Positions 37,566 to 48,536 of a stretch of DNA of 64,000 bases are shown here, piece by piece; position 1 is the stretch's first letter, and the number at the start of each line of letters is the position of its first letter. The position numbers and the translations under genes were made by a program. The DNA comes from an uncultured Candidatus Saccharibacteria bacterium. GTDB taxonomy: Bacteria; Patescibacteriota; WWE3; UBA101185; UBA10185. The stretch is from the NCBI GenBank assembly GCA_964510435.1, contig CAZEBU010000002.1:81080-145079 (forward strand). Direction: 5' to 3'. The notes under the pieces are model-generated. The model saw only the letters and a list, made by a program, of their open reading frames with translations. It did not search any database and had not been told where the DNA came from.

Positions 37566-38696
37566 GTGACCCTGTCTGAAGCTTCAAAGATAGTAAGAAA
37601 AGGCGTAGTTCTCACCGGAATTTTTGCTGTCGTCTATTATATTTTTTTACTACTTCTCTTTCCAGGCGCTAAAAAACTATTTATTGTTATGTTCCCGGAG
37701 AAAGATCCTCCTACACCTGTTTACGGTGTTTTACCGCCACTTGAGTTTATCGAAAAAGATATCAATGACGATAGAACTCCCAGCTTTATACTTGATACTA
37801 AAGACGGAAGATTACCAAAAGGCTTACCTAGGAAAATGACCGTTTACGAATATATCAGGTCCGTGCCTCCTTTCGAAAAGGGGAAAAATGCCTCAGCTAC
37901 AGCTGAAAAACTAGGGTATTACGAAGACGATCTCATCACTAGTTTAAAAGAAACCACCTACAGATGGCGTAAACTAAATTCCAACGGCTTACTGGAAATA
38001 AACACTAATACCAAAGATGTTATACATCTAACGCCTCTCACTGGAAAAGCAAGCAGGTTTCCCCGAGGAGAGCTAACGGAAACCAAAACTCTTAATTATG
38101 CCAAAGAACTTTTAGAAGACGTGGGAAGATTTGAGGATGAGTTGTACCTCAATGGTACACAAAAAGTTACCTTCGTGCAGTTTTACGGCAATAGGCTGGA
38201 AACAACTGAGGCCCCTCTAGATGCCCAGCTGGCTCGTGTTGACTTCTTTCGTAGTATAGAGGAATACCCCATACTAGGACCTGACCCTAAAGTAGGTTTA
38301 CAGTATATATACTTAAGAAGGCCTACTAAAAACGAGCCTCATTATAATTATCCCATCTTGGAAAGCCATGTTCGGGAAATAAAAACTCAAGCAAATGCCA
38401 CCTACCCCATTATTACCGTCGCAGACGCTTGGAATTTAGTAAAAAACAGCAAAGGAGTCATAGTTAACGCCACACCCTCCGGAAGCAGCCTACTAGATAA
38501 AAGCGTTACACCCATAGTAGAGGATATTTACATCAATAACATTTACCTTGCTTACTACGACAATAGTTCTTACCAGGAATACTTGCAGCCTATTTATATC
38601 TTCGAAGGCAAATACACCACGGGCGGAACACAAGGTGGTACCATTACCATTTACTACCCGGCATTAACACCAGACTTTATCCAATCGGTAAACTAA
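37566..38696 (+). CDS. hypothetical N-terminally anchored extracytoplasmic protein
   Basis: 376 aa; one N-terminal TM helix then a large soluble domain. No family recognised. Confidence 0.5.
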   Translation: MTLSEASKIVRKGVVLTGIFAVVYYIFLLLLFPGAKKLFIVMFPEKDPPTPVYGVLPPLEFIEKDINDDRTPSFILDTKDGRLPKGLPRKMTVYEYIRSVPPFEKGKNASATAEKLGYYEDDLITSLKETTYRWRKLNSNGLLEINTNTKDVIHLTPLTGKASRFPRGELTETKTLNYAKELLEDVGRFEDELYLNGTQKVTFVQFYGNRLETTEAPLDAQLARVDFFRSIEEYPILGPDPKVGLQYIYLRRPTKNEPHYNYPILESHVREIKTQANATYPIITVADAWNLVKNSKGVIVNATPSGSSLLDKSVTPIVEDIYINNIYLAYYDNSSYQEYLQPIYIFEGKYTTGGTQGGTITIYYPALTPDFIQSVN

Positions 38697-39805
38697 AACC
38701 ACTCATAGCTGGAAAATAACCAGTTAAGCAAATTTCTTGTATCCAGAAATCTATCATCGCTGGCTAGAACAATGATGGTTATGTCTTTCACTCCTTCGTT
38801 ATATTGATAGATTAAGACTTCCCCTGCGCCTGTTGTGGTACCTGTTTTTACACCCACCGTACCTGGTATTTCCCATAATAATCTATTGGTATTTGATATA
38901 TTCACCTCAAACTCCCCGTTCACATCATAAAAAGTATGATCCTTGGTTTGGTATATCTCTCTAATCAGGGGAATCTTAGCAGCCTCCCTGGACAACAAAT
39001 ATAAATCCCACGCTGAAGAGTAGTGAGAACCATCCTGTCCATCCAAGCCAATTTCATTGGTGAAAAATGTATCGTTCATACCAAGGTCTTGGGCTTTTTT
39101 GTTCATTAGATCTATAAAAACCAACCTGCTAAATTTCGAGGATGAGAGAACACAGCTTGCGTCAGCTGCTGAGCTCACCAGTAAGCTGTAGAGTAAGTCT
39201 TTCACTATAAACTCTCTGTCCAGAGGTAACCATAACTTTGTACTATCAACTGCCGTACAATCAGGAGTAATAGTAAGAACTTCATTTTCCGAGTAAATAT
39301 CCATAGCCACCAAAGCGGTCATTAATTTTGTAGTAGAAGCCGGTGCGAAAGTTCTCCGCAAATTATGTTCGCTGAGCACTTTTTGTGAATTATTATCTAC
39401 AACCACATGAGCTTTTGCTGTAATAAAAGGGAAGGCAATTTTATTAGTCAGCACGGGACCCTTTTTTAAAGTGCCCGACACTCCCAAAACAGTGCTACCA
39501 GCGGGGGAATTCCCGCTGTAAGATGGTTCGCCATAAATGTAAGTAATTATTCCCGTATGTAGCAAAGAAATGTTACTTTGGTAAGTCTCTTGCCTTAGGA
39601 CATACCTTACAGGCAAAAATAATACCGCCACAAAAAGGCTAACTACTGCAAACTGGTAAATCAATCCGTAGAAACGTTTTTTCTGAACAACAATAGAAAT
39701 GTAGTCAAAAAACCACAGGAAAGAGATGAGGTATCTGATGATGATAAATTGTAATTTTTGTATCAGTGTTAATGCCACATTAAAAAAAATCTTAAAAATA
39801 CTCAA
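38693..39805 (-). CDS. D-alanyl-D-alanine carboxypeptidase (peptidase S11, PBP5-like)
   Basis: 370 aa; an N-terminal TM helix, SxxK (PASTTKLMT), SxN and KTG (VKTGTT) motifs. Confidence 0.8.
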   Translation of the reverse strand: MSIFKIFFNVALTLIQKLQFIIIRYLISFLWFFDYISIVVQKKRFYGLIYQFAVVSLFVAVLFLPVRYVLRQETYQSNISLLHTGIITYIYGEPSYSGNSPAGSTVLGVSGTLKKGPVLTNKIAFPFITAKAHVVVDNNSQKVLSEHNLRRTFAPASTTKLMTALVAMDIYSENEVLTITPDCTAVDSTKLWLPLDREFIVKDLLYSLLVSSAADASCVLSSSKFSRLVFIDLMNKKAQDLGMNDTFFTNEIGLDGQDGSHYSSAWDLYLLSREAAKIPLIREIYQTKDHTFYDVNGEFEVNISNTNRLLWEIPGTVGVKTGTTTGAGEVLIYQYNEGVKDITIIVLASDDRFLDTRNLLNWLFSSYEWF

Positions 39806-39824
39806 ATGAGATTAAATAATTCCT

Positions 39825-41120
39825 TTAGGGAGAAATTCTTTTTACATCTCTAGGCAGATAGGTAGCTTCTTTGACACTGGGCAGATCCAGCAAGAGCATA
39901 ATAATTCTACCCGGACCTAAGCCACCGCCACCATGAGGCGGGCAACCGTATCTAAAAAAGTTCAAATAGTCTTTTATAGTATCTAAGGAGACATTTTTTT
40001 CCCCAGCCTGTTTTTCTAAATATTCCACCCTGTGTTCTCTCTGTGCGCCGGTGACAATTTCCACTCCTTTATATATCAGATCATAGCTCATGGTCAAATG
40101 CGGTTTATCCTCATATCTCATGTGGTAGAAGGGTCTCACCTCTATGGGGTAATCAATAAGATAAACGTAATCGGATCCTGTTTCCTCCTTAAACATTTTA
40201 CCTAGTTCGCGTTCTTCCTCCGGGCTGACATCATGCGGTCTCTCACTTTTTACACCTCTTTTTTTCAGAGCATCTTTGGCATCTTCCATGGTGATCCTAG
40301 GAAACGGTCTTTGAGGAAGCTCCAGATCAGGTAGAAGTACTTTTTTTGCCTGTTCCATCATGGAAAACATAATGTTTTCCAGTTCGTCCATAACATCAAA
40401 ATGAGAATCTATATAGGAGATCTCAAAATCCCAGCCGGTAAACTCTGTCATGTGCCTGGTAGTAAAGGAAGGTTCTGCCCTAAACACCGGTCCCACCATA
40501 AAAACTTTTTCGAAACCGGCCGCCAAAGCTGCTTGTTTGTAGAATTGCGGTGATTGAGCAAGGAATGCCTTACGATCAAAATAATTAATTTCAAAGACCT
40601 CGGACCCGGACTCGCTAGGTGCATTCATAATGGCGGGCGTATATATTTGAAAGTAGTTCTCTTTTTCGAAAAAACTTCTCATGCCTTTTTCCAGTTCGGT
40701 CCATATTCTAAAAATCTTTTGCTTTTCAGGCTTCCTTAAGTCAATCCAACGCCAGTCAAAACGAGTTGATACATCCGTTTCCTCACCACCTTTTTCAACA
40801 ACTACCGGTATGGGAAGCCTAGGGTCGGCATTGGATAAAACTTCAATTTTTTCTATAGCCACTTCGATACCACCGGGAGCCTGTTTTTCCTTTTTCACTT
40901 TACCTTCTATGGACACTACGGACTCGTGACTTAAGTGGTCAACAATATCAAAAACTTCCTCATTTTCAGCCTGTACAACCACGGTTTGGATCGTGCCGGT
41001 TACATCTCTGATGATTAAAAAGGCAATTTTTCCCTGATTTCTTATTGTTTGTACAAAACCTTTAATCAAGACATCCTTACCGACATATGCAGATAGATCT
41101 TTGGTCTGGGTTCTTTTCAT
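39825..41120 (-). CDS. aspS: aspartate--tRNA ligase, archaeal/eukaryal-type (class IIb)
   Basis: 431 aa; N-terminal OB anticodon-binding domain, FLAQSPQFYKQ, motif 2 FRAEPSFTTRH, and motif 3 GGGGLGPGRIIMLL. Lacks the bacterial-type insertion domain. Confidence 0.8.
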   Translation of the reverse strand: MKRTQTKDLSAYVGKDVLIKGFVQTIRNQGKIAFLIIRDVTGTIQTVVVQAENEEVFDIVDHLSHESVVSIEGKVKKEKQAPGGIEVAIEKIEVLSNADPRLPIPVVVEKGGEETDVSTRFDWRWIDLRKPEKQKIFRIWTELEKGMRSFFEKENYFQIYTPAIMNAPSESGSEVFEINYFDRKAFLAQSPQFYKQAALAAGFEKVFMVGPVFRAEPSFTTRHMTEFTGWDFEISYIDSHFDVMDELENIMFSMMEQAKKVLLPDLELPQRPFPRITMEDAKDALKKRGVKSERPHDVSPEEERELGKMFKEETGSDYVYLIDYPIEVRPFYHMRYEDKPHLTMSYDLIYKGVEIVTGAQREHRVEYLEKQAGEKNVSLDTIKDYLNFFRYGCPPHGGGGLGPGRIIMLLLDLPSVKEATYLPRDVKRISP

Positions 41121-41156
41121 AACTACTTACATTCAACTTATTATCCTACATATTTT

Positions 41157-41438
41157 TTGTCAATCCTTTGTTGTACAATGAAAACGATGGATGGAAAATA
41201 CATCAAAGCCATGTTTAAAATATTTCTGGTCATGGTAGTCATTGCCCTTGCGGTACAAGCTGTCTCGCTAGGTATATATTGGTATCAAAGGAGAAATTTC
41301 GAGGATAAGGAGTATATAAAAAACAATAAAGAGAAATGTGAAAAAGTTCTAAGCGGAGAAGAAGGAGATTTGACCGATTACTCTTTTTGTAAGAGATTCA
41401 TGGGGTGGTTGGAGGTCAACACCAGATTAGACGACTAG
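41157..41438 (+). CDS. small membrane protein (hypothetical)
   Basis: 93 aa; one TM helix (IFLVMVVIALAVQAVSLGIYWY). Confidence 0.35.
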   Translation: MSILCCTMKTMDGKYIKAMFKIFLVMVVIALAVQAVSLGIYWYQRRNFEDKEYIKNNKEKCEKVLSGEEGDLTDYSFCKRFMGWLEVNTRLDD

Positions 41439-42676
41439 TTTTCATCAACCTCAATTAAATAAGTGAGCAAAGAGGCTACCATTGCCAGAATAAAAACCCA
41501 TTTCCAGTATGTAAATACTTGTAAGGCTATGAGAACACTGACAGCCATGATGACAACTCCAGCATGTACAGTTAATTCTCTGTACATAAAATAGTCAGAA
41601 CCTCCAAGCTTTTTGGCTTTTTCATATGACAGGGACATAAGTGGCAGGGAAATAGCTCCGGATACGAATCTATCCATAATGTTAAGCCCATAAAAAAGTG
41701 TAGGACTGCTAAAAAAAATTCTGGGTAGATAAAGAACCGCATTTACTAAAGTGCCAATGGCATGTATTTTTTTTGTCCCGTGCTTATCGATCATTTTTCC
41801 AATAAACAAAACTGTGATCGAAGAAATAAGAAAAGATAGGGTATTCACAAAGCCAATGGAAGCAAAGTTTTGCAAAACAAAAAAAAGTAGTATGGGCCAG
41901 AATGTAGCGTATATGGCAAACTCAAAACCTTGGCCAAAGTAACTAAGTGATAGGTTCTTCATTTTACTATTTAGCAAGTAGTTTTTTAGTACTTTTAAAG
42001 TACTGTGTTTTTTGTGTTTCCAATCATGAATAACAAAAGTAATCGGCAGCGCTGCTACAACGAGAAGGATTATGCTGATACTAAATAAAACACCAAAACC
42101 ATACCAAACAATTATTATCCCACCTATGGCGGGTCCCAAGCCGGAAAATAATCTGGTTAAAAAAAATCTCAAACTGGTGTTTTTTGCAAAGTGTTTTTTA
42201 AATTTACCAACTTTTCGCAAGAAAAAAACATGGAAAGGAATCCAATAAAAAGTGACTTTAAATCCGGCGAGTGAACCTGCCAATAGAATTAAGAAGAGAT
42301 TATCCTTAGATAAATACCAAAGCATAATTTCTACAATTAAAATAACGAAGCTGACGATCATAGAAAGTTGAAAATGAAACTTAGAAAATATCGTCTCACC
42401 AAAAAGTAGAAGAGAAATCCAAACAAAGGTAGAACGGAGCAAATAGTACACCAGCACCCAAGAAATACCATTGATGACAATGTTACCGCTAAAAAATAAA
42501 AAACTCTCGGAAATATTATAAATATAAATTGGTAAAAATATACCCACCAGAGAAACGGCCATAACTCTTATAGCGTGGGTTAGGTAAAGGGCACTATTTT
42601 CGGAAAGATGAATTCCGTGGTCTTTGTGATAAAAGGGAAAATGAAAATGTACTTTTGAATATATATCTGAGGGCAT
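41435..42676 (-). CDS. MFS-type transporter
   Basis: 413 aa; about 12 predicted TM helices with a 6+6 topology and a central loop. Confidence 0.65.
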   Translation of the reverse strand: MPSDIYSKVHFHFPFYHKDHGIHLSENSALYLTHAIRVMAVSLVGIFLPIYIYNISESFLFFSGNIVINGISWVLVYYLLRSTFVWISLLLFGETIFSKFHFQLSMIVSFVILIVEIMLWYLSKDNLFLILLAGSLAGFKVTFYWIPFHVFFLRKVGKFKKHFAKNTSLRFFLTRLFSGLGPAIGGIIIVWYGFGVLFSISIILLVVAALPITFVIHDWKHKKHSTLKVLKNYLLNSKMKNLSLSYFGQGFEFAIYATFWPILLFFVLQNFASIGFVNTLSFLISSITVLFIGKMIDKHGTKKIHAIGTLVNAVLYLPRIFFSSPTLFYGLNIMDRFVSGAISLPLMSLSYEKAKKLGGSDYFMYRELTVHAGVVIMAVSVLIALQVFTYWKWVFILAMVASLLTYLIEVDEN

Positions 42677-42690
42677 AGGTTTATTTTATA

Positions 42691-44346
42691 TTATTCTAAG
42701 GTAGGTTTTTTAATATCCTTTAAGATCAAATCTATATAGGTCTGCGAATTATAAATATTTTTCTTTAGATTGTAGGCTACGTCTACTACATCCCCTACCT
42801 CAATATTTAAATTTAGATCATTTTCATTAAAAAGAATGGCTTTGTAAAATTTTTCTCCGCTCACAAACTTTAATGACAAGTGTCGCCCGTCCTTACCCAC
42901 TCTATTAACGGATGATACTCCCATTTCCCGAGTAGCAAAAACGGGTTGGTTATTACCTAAACCATATGGCCTCAACTTATCCAGATCATCTATTAAACCT
43001 TCATTTATAACCGAGGAGGGTACCTGTAGATCTACTTCTAGAACTCTGATAAATAAATCTTCGCTTATCATCTTTTTAGATAGCCTCTCTAGGTTTTCCA
43101 ACATCTCTTCGAATTTGTCAGCATGGATACTAAATCCTGCCGCCATAGGATGCCCACCTAAACTCAAGAACAAATCTTCTATCTCTCTCAACAGTTCAAT
43201 GATGTTTACGCCTGGTATAGATCTTACTGAACCCTTATAAACATCGTTGGTGGTGCTAATAACTACCGCGGGTCTGTAATACTTTTTTGCTAATCTTGAT
43301 GCCACCAACCCTATTATTCCCTCATGATAATTCTCATTATGAGAAACGATCACGTGCGGTATTTCTTTTTCATCCACTTTTGTTGCCAACTCGTACATTT
43401 CAAATGTCTTATCCTGACGCGCGCTGTTTATTTGATTTAGCTTCCAAGCCAACTCTTTCACCTTGGCGGGGTCGTTTTCCAAAAGTAAATTCAAAGAATC
43501 AACCGCGTCCTCTACCCTACCACTGGCATTTAGCCTTGGGCCTATCAACCATCCTAGATCATAAGTGGTAACTTCCACACCTTTTTTGCCGGAAAGTTCT
43601 AAAAGTGATCTTATCCCTGGGGGAGGTGCGGTATTTAGTATTTCCAGACCCTTTTTTACTATCGTACGATTAAAACCAAGGACTGGTTGTAAATCGGTTA
43701 CAGTGGCTAAGCAGCAATATGACATAAAATGGGGGTCGTCAGCACCCAATACGCTGGCTAATAACCAAGATATGGTAGCTCCAACAACCTGATCATACCA
43801 AACGATTACATCGGCTTTTGGAACTTCGGGTGGCTTCTGATGGTGATCAGTAATAATTACTTGATGGTCATCTCTTTTCAATAATTCAACTTCTGCAGAG
43901 GAGGTAATTCCACTATCAACTGTGATGACTAAAACCCCCTTCTCAACCTCTTTCTTATCTAATCTCTCTAGGGCGGCCTCAATCGAACTTTTCGATAAAC
44001 CATAGCCGTGTTCAAATCTATTGGGAATAAAAGCGTAAACATTCTTATACCCCAATTTATGCTGTAATGTACTATACAAAATAGCGGTGGCACAAATACC
44101 ATCTACGTCATAATCCCCATGAATAATAATCACTTTTTCTTTTTCTATAAACTCATTAATTAAAGTTCTCGCTGATCTAAGAGATAAGAGAAGCTCTTTA
44201 GGAAGTTTTTTAAACCAATAAGATACGGGTGGTGGGTTAAGGAAAGTATCTTTTTCATCATCTGTAATGTATCCGCGATTTTCCAGTATTTTTTTGATTA
44301 CATCTCCTTTGCCGTCGTACTCATCCATAATTTCCCATTTGTACAT
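42691..44346 (-). CDS. recJ: single-stranded-DNA-specific exonuclease RecJ
   Basis: 551 aa; DHH motifs (IIHGDYDVDGICA, ITDHHQ), a DHHA1 domain and a C-terminal OB fold. Confidence 0.85.
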   Translation of the reverse strand: MYKWEIMDEYDGKGDVIKKILENRGYITDDEKDTFLNPPPVSYWFKKLPKELLLSLRSARTLINEFIEKEKVIIIHGDYDVDGICATAILYSTLQHKLGYKNVYAFIPNRFEHGYGLSKSSIEAALERLDKKEVEKGVLVITVDSGITSSAEVELLKRDDHQVIITDHHQKPPEVPKADVIVWYDQVVGATISWLLASVLGADDPHFMSYCCLATVTDLQPVLGFNRTIVKKGLEILNTAPPPGIRSLLELSGKKGVEVTTYDLGWLIGPRLNASGRVEDAVDSLNLLLENDPAKVKELAWKLNQINSARQDKTFEMYELATKVDEKEIPHVIVSHNENYHEGIIGLVASRLAKKYYRPAVVISTTNDVYKGSVRSIPGVNIIELLREIEDLFLSLGGHPMAAGFSIHADKFEEMLENLERLSKKMISEDLFIRVLEVDLQVPSSVINEGLIDDLDKLRPYGLGNNQPVFATREMGVSSVNRVGKDGRHLSLKFVSGEKFYKAILFNENDLNLNIEVGDVVDVAYNLKKNIYNSQTYIDLILKDIKKPTLE

Positions 44347-44394
44347 AAGCCAATTAGAACATCAAACAAAAAATATTACAAGACAAAATGCATC

Positions 44395-45306
44395 TTACCT
44401 TCTTTTCTTTCTAGAGATATGCTCCTCCCAAAAAACCAGTGTAGGGCTAGCTGTAAATATTGACGAATAAGTTCCGGAAAGTATGCCAATAAGCAGTGCT
44501 AAAACAAAGTTTTTTATAGTTTCACCACCTAATATATAAAGTGAAAACAAGGTAATTAATACCGTAAGAGAAGTGGCAAATGATCTGTTCAAAGTTTCCA
44601 CGACAGAAAAGTTTACCACTCTCTCAAATCCCCAGCCTGGAGGTAATTTCTTTAAATTTTCCCTAATACGGTCAAAAACTACTATTGAGTCATGAATAGA
44701 AAAACCAATAACTGTTAGAGTGGCGGTAATAAAAAGGGCATCAATTTCAATATTGTAAATTCTCCCTAAAATAGAAAATATACCCAGCAGCAAAAATGCG
44801 TCGTGCAGCATAGCTACAAGGGCACTAACACCAAATCTCAAACTTGAATAGGGTTTGGGAATATTCCTGAAGACAAAAGTAATATAAAGCATAATGCCGA
44901 GAGAGGCTAATCCTAAAGCCTTAAATGCATTTATGGTGGTCTCTTTACCAATGGATGGCCCAACAGTTTCAAATGAGTCTTGTCTTATGCCGGGTATCTT
45001 TCCTAATAATTCTAAACTTATCTCATCATTAAGTGTTGATTCAACGGGATTGGTGCGTACTTCAAGTACTTGCTTATCGGAATACACTTCGTTTATCTTT
45101 ATACCTTTTTCCCGAATAGTATTTTCCACCTCTTCTCTAGCAATATCAACATCGTCTAAGTCACCAAGGTTATACTTAAAAACGGATCCGCCTGTGAAAT
45201 CTACCGCTAAATTCAACCCAAAAAGAATCAGAGAGATTATACCGGGAATAAGTATCACGCTGGAAAATATCAGATATAACTTTTTGTACTTCATGAGATC
45301 AATCAT
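44395..45306 (-). CDS. secF: protein translocase subunit SecF
   Basis: 303 aa; six TM helices with SecF signature regions. Overlaps secD. Confidence 0.9.
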   Translation of the reverse strand: MIDLMKYKKLYLIFSSVILIPGIISLILFGLNLAVDFTGGSVFKYNLGDLDDVDIAREEVENTIREKGIKINEVYSDKQVLEVRTNPVESTLNDEISLELLGKIPGIRQDSFETVGPSIGKETTINAFKALGLASLGIMLYITFVFRNIPKPYSSLRFGVSALVAMLHDAFLLLGIFSILGRIYNIEIDALFITATLTVIGFSIHDSIVVFDRIRENLKKLPPGWGFERVVNFSVVETLNRSFATSLTVLITLFSLYILGGETIKNFVLALLIGILSGTYSSIFTASPTLVFWEEHISRKKRR

Positions 45307-46693
45307 CTTTAGCTACTCCTCTGTAATTACCCACGTTGAAAACTTCTATTAATGTTCTAACTATAAAAATAGAGGTAAACAAGGAAACCAAAATACCTAT
45401 GGCTAAAGTTAAAGCGAACCCCTTGACCGGTCCCGTACCAAACTCAAAAAGTATGTAGGCTGTAATTAATGAGGAAATGTTAGAATCCCTAATGGAGCTC
45501 CAGGCTCTGTTAAAACCGTGTTTTATAGCTAGACTCTGAGGTTTTCCCCAGAGTATCTCCTCTTTTATCCTTTCGAAAATTAAAATATTGGCATCGCTGG
45601 CCATACCAATAGAAAGAATAAATCCGGCAAGTCCCGGCAAAGTTAGCACAACGGGAATAGCTTTAAAAATGGCTAAAACAATAATGGTGTAAGTGATAAG
45701 TGAGACGCCAGCCAAAACCCCCAATCTCTTATACATATAGAACATAAAAAGTAGCACTAACCCTAACCCCACCAAACCAGCAAAAAAACTTTTATTAATA
45801 GATTCCTCACCCAAAGTGGCGCCAATAGCCCTTTGCTCTACTACGCTCACCGAAATGGGCAATGCTCCGGCTCTAATTTGCACACTTAAATTTCTTGCTT
45901 GGGTGAGATCAAAATTACCACTAATAATTGGGTCGCTGATCAATCCCTGTGCCAGCTGGCTGTCTACTACCGCCATGGACAAAGGTACAGTTTCTTGATC
46001 TAAAAAGATAGCAATGGGTTTATTAACATTTTCCTTGGCTATCTCCGAAAACCTCTCCAGTCCTTCCTCGCTGAATCTCAATTGTATCTGCGGCCGATTA
46101 GCGTTTCGAATATCAGCCTCTGAACCAAAAACTACATCCGCTCCTTCTAGATCTGCACCTGTAATGCCTGTCTCTTCCCACACTTCAGGATCAAAATAGT
46201 ATTCCTGATACTTTTCCTCCACCCATTCCTTATCCTCTTTTAAGACCATAAATTTCAGTTGGGCTGTCTGGCCGATAAGATCAATGGCATCCGTAATCTC
46301 ATCCAAGCCGGGGATCTCCACAACGATACGGTATTCTTCCCCAATCTTAACCGTGGCGATGAAGGGTTCCGACACACCCAGTAGGTTAACTCTTCTCTCA
46401 ATCACCCGCATAGCTGACTCTACAGCGTTTTCAGACTCCTCAGGCGAAATGCCGGCAAGGTCTGCTTGTAAAACAATTCTCACTCCGCCATTTAAATCTA
46501 ACCCTCTCTTAAACCTGGAAAAATCAAAAGTATAACGACCACCAAGAACACTAAATTGATATCCTCCAATATGAGAATCAATTTTCAGCCACTTATTGTC
46601 AGACTTAATATCGATCCTGGGTAAAACAATAAGAAGACAAACAGCCGCAATGGTGGATATTAATCCTAATCTAAAGTAAACGCTCTTAAACAT
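45299..46693 (-). CDS. secD: protein translocase subunit SecD
   Basis: 464 aa; an N-terminal TM helix, a periplasmic domain and a C-terminal 5-TM bundle. Lies upstream of secF. Confidence 0.9.
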   Translation of the reverse strand: MFKSVYFRLGLISTIAAVCLLIVLPRIDIKSDNKWLKIDSHIGGYQFSVLGGRYTFDFSRFKRGLDLNGGVRIVLQADLAGISPEESENAVESAMRVIERRVNLLGVSEPFIATVKIGEEYRIVVEIPGLDEITDAIDLIGQTAQLKFMVLKEDKEWVEEKYQEYYFDPEVWEETGITGADLEGADVVFGSEADIRNANRPQIQLRFSEEGLERFSEIAKENVNKPIAIFLDQETVPLSMAVVDSQLAQGLISDPIISGNFDLTQARNLSVQIRAGALPISVSVVEQRAIGATLGEESINKSFFAGLVGLGLVLLFMFYMYKRLGVLAGVSLITYTIIVLAIFKAIPVVLTLPGLAGFILSIGMASDANILIFERIKEEILWGKPQSLAIKHGFNRAWSSIRDSNISSLITAYILFEFGTGPVKGFALTLAIGILVSLFTSIFIVRTLIEVFNVGNYRGVAKDD

Positions 46694-46698
46694 CTTTA

Positions 46699-47289
46699 TT
46701 AAATCACTGCGTAGAACTCTTCTTCGTCTCCAATGAGCATGGTTCTACTTTGAGAAAGGATCTTGGCTACAAAATGGTCGTTTTTTCTCTTTCGAAACAT
46801 AAAATCCTCTTCGGACATGACAGAGAAATTAATCTCTCTGCCCATCTCTCTTTCACCCATAGAAACAATTCTTTTTATTATCTCCATATTTATATCACCC
46901 ACCATTAACAAATCTACATCCAAAACCGTAGATTTCCTTCCCCTTAAAAATGCCGTTGATAAAACAGCAAATTTAATACTGCCTAGGTCTTTGATATTCC
47001 TAAGTATTAATCCTCCCAATCCATCCTCTTTGGTTACCAAGGAGAGAAGTTCAGAAAAATAGATATGTGAAGCATCTGCTTTGTAGTAGATCCGGTTACC
47101 GCTCTGCCTCTTTTTTAGTAACCCCATACTTTCCAACTTAGCCAGTTCGCGTCTTACAGCGTTTATTTCCGCCTCTACACTACGCACAATAGCTCTAACA
47201 TGGTACTGTTCTTCAGGCTGGGAAAGCATCATTTTTAGTATCTTCAGTCTTACCTCGGATACAAATAAGTTTTTGAGATTATCAGACAT
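46699..47289 (-). CDS. winged-helix DNA-binding protein (putative regulator)
   Basis: 196 aa; an N-terminal wHTH (VRLKILKMMLSQPEEQYHVRAIVRSVEA) and an uncharacterised C-terminal domain. Confidence 0.45.
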   Translation of the reverse strand: MSDNLKNLFVSEVRLKILKMMLSQPEEQYHVRAIVRSVEAEINAVRRELAKLESMGLLKKRQSGNRIYYKADASHIYFSELLSLVTKEDGLGGLILRNIKDLGSIKFAVLSTAFLRGRKSTVLDVDLLMVGDINMEIIKRIVSMGEREMGREINFSVMSEEDFMFRKRKNDHFVAKILSQSRTMLIGDEEEFYAVI

Positions 47290-47316
47290 TTTTGTAAAGT
47301 CTAGGACAGATAACTC

Positions 47317-48498
47317 TTAATTATATACAACTTGTTCTACATTTCTATCAGGCACGATAGAAATCCAGAACTTACCTCTGCTAAATTCGATCTCCTCTCC
47401 ATCTAGGTCATAAAACATAGTACGGGCATCCCTATCCTCTTTGGTCCAAGTGGCCTCCACAACCCGCCCGTCAACAAAAATAAGGCCGGTGCCACTGCCT
47501 ACCAACTCGTATTCCAATCTGCTCTTATCATCGCCTATTATGGGAGTTTCAGCGACGAACTGTACAATAACATTTTCAACGGTAATTTGCTCCTTAGTCT
47601 CCCTATCCACGTGCGGTGCGGGGTTGCCGTCTGCATCGTACCCCATAAACCTCAGATAGTGCTTTTCTTCGGGGTTGTACTTAAAAATAGCCGAATAATC
47701 GCCCTCGTACCAAAAATCAATCGTTAAATTCCAGGCCTCTTGCTTATCCTGGTACTTTTCGCTGCCATCAAATTTCCAAACTTTAAATTCCCTATTACCT
47801 GCCCACCCCAAAGAATCTCCGTGCTCTCTAAGTTTTACGCCATTAGTATAGAGAGTGTGCTCAAAAGCCACATTAAGACTTTCATCGCGCCAATTAGCTG
47901 TTGCAGAGGCACCCCCTCTGAAGAGGCTGCGCACCAGCCATTCATCAATAGCTAACTTCGCCTGGGGGGAATAACCTTCATGCATAAGCATAGCATCACC
48001 CATTTCCTTCACTAGAACCAGATAATACTCCCTAGTACTCCTTACCGGACCTATTTTTTCCGGTGTTTCATTAAGATAAAAAGATATAAACCTAGTAATA
48101 CCACCCTCGGCAACGACCTCATAGACAAAATCTGCATAAATTAAACCTGATTGCGGTCTGGCGTCAATGTGGTTATTGATCATCACAGCTAAAGGTCTTA
48201 TATCTTTCCAGGCTTCGGCATCTTTTTCATCAATTTCTGCACCTGTGATGGGATTTTGTACAACATTTTCCGGTCTTGAACCGCTGCCGTCTCTACCCAT
48301 TCTATTTTTTATAAAATCAAAGGGTGATTTTTTCAATAAAAAAATCCATACGACTAGGAAAATAAAAAAGGCAGTTACCGAACCAATAACGATGGGTAAT
48401 ATTTGATTTTTCTTTTTGGGTTCTTCTACATTGAACTTAGAAACGTGAGGTGCATCTTGGATAGGAACATCCGAAGTGTTGTTATTATTCATCTCCAT
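47317..48498 (-). CDS. DUF3048-like membrane-anchored protein
   Basis: 393 aa; an N-terminal TM helix. RPLAVMINNHIDARPQSGL resembles the DUF3048 (YerB-like) signature. Confidence 0.5.
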   Translation of the reverse strand: MEMNNNNTSDVPIQDAPHVSKFNVEEPKKKNQILPIVIGSVTAFFIFLVVWIFLLKKSPFDFIKNRMGRDGSGSRPENVVQNPITGAEIDEKDAEAWKDIRPLAVMINNHIDARPQSGLIYADFVYEVVAEGGITRFISFYLNETPEKIGPVRSTREYYLVLVKEMGDAMLMHEGYSPQAKLAIDEWLVRSLFRGGASATANWRDESLNVAFEHTLYTNGVKLREHGDSLGWAGNREFKVWKFDGSEKYQDKQEAWNLTIDFWYEGDYSAIFKYNPEEKHYLRFMGYDADGNPAPHVDRETKEQITVENVIVQFVAETPIIGDDKSRLEYELVGSGTGLIFVDGRVVEATWTKEDRDARTMFYDLDGEEIEFSRGKFWISIVPDRNVEQVVYN

Positions 48499-48536
48499 GT
48501 ACTCATTATATATATTGAGTACAAAACTTGTCTAGT

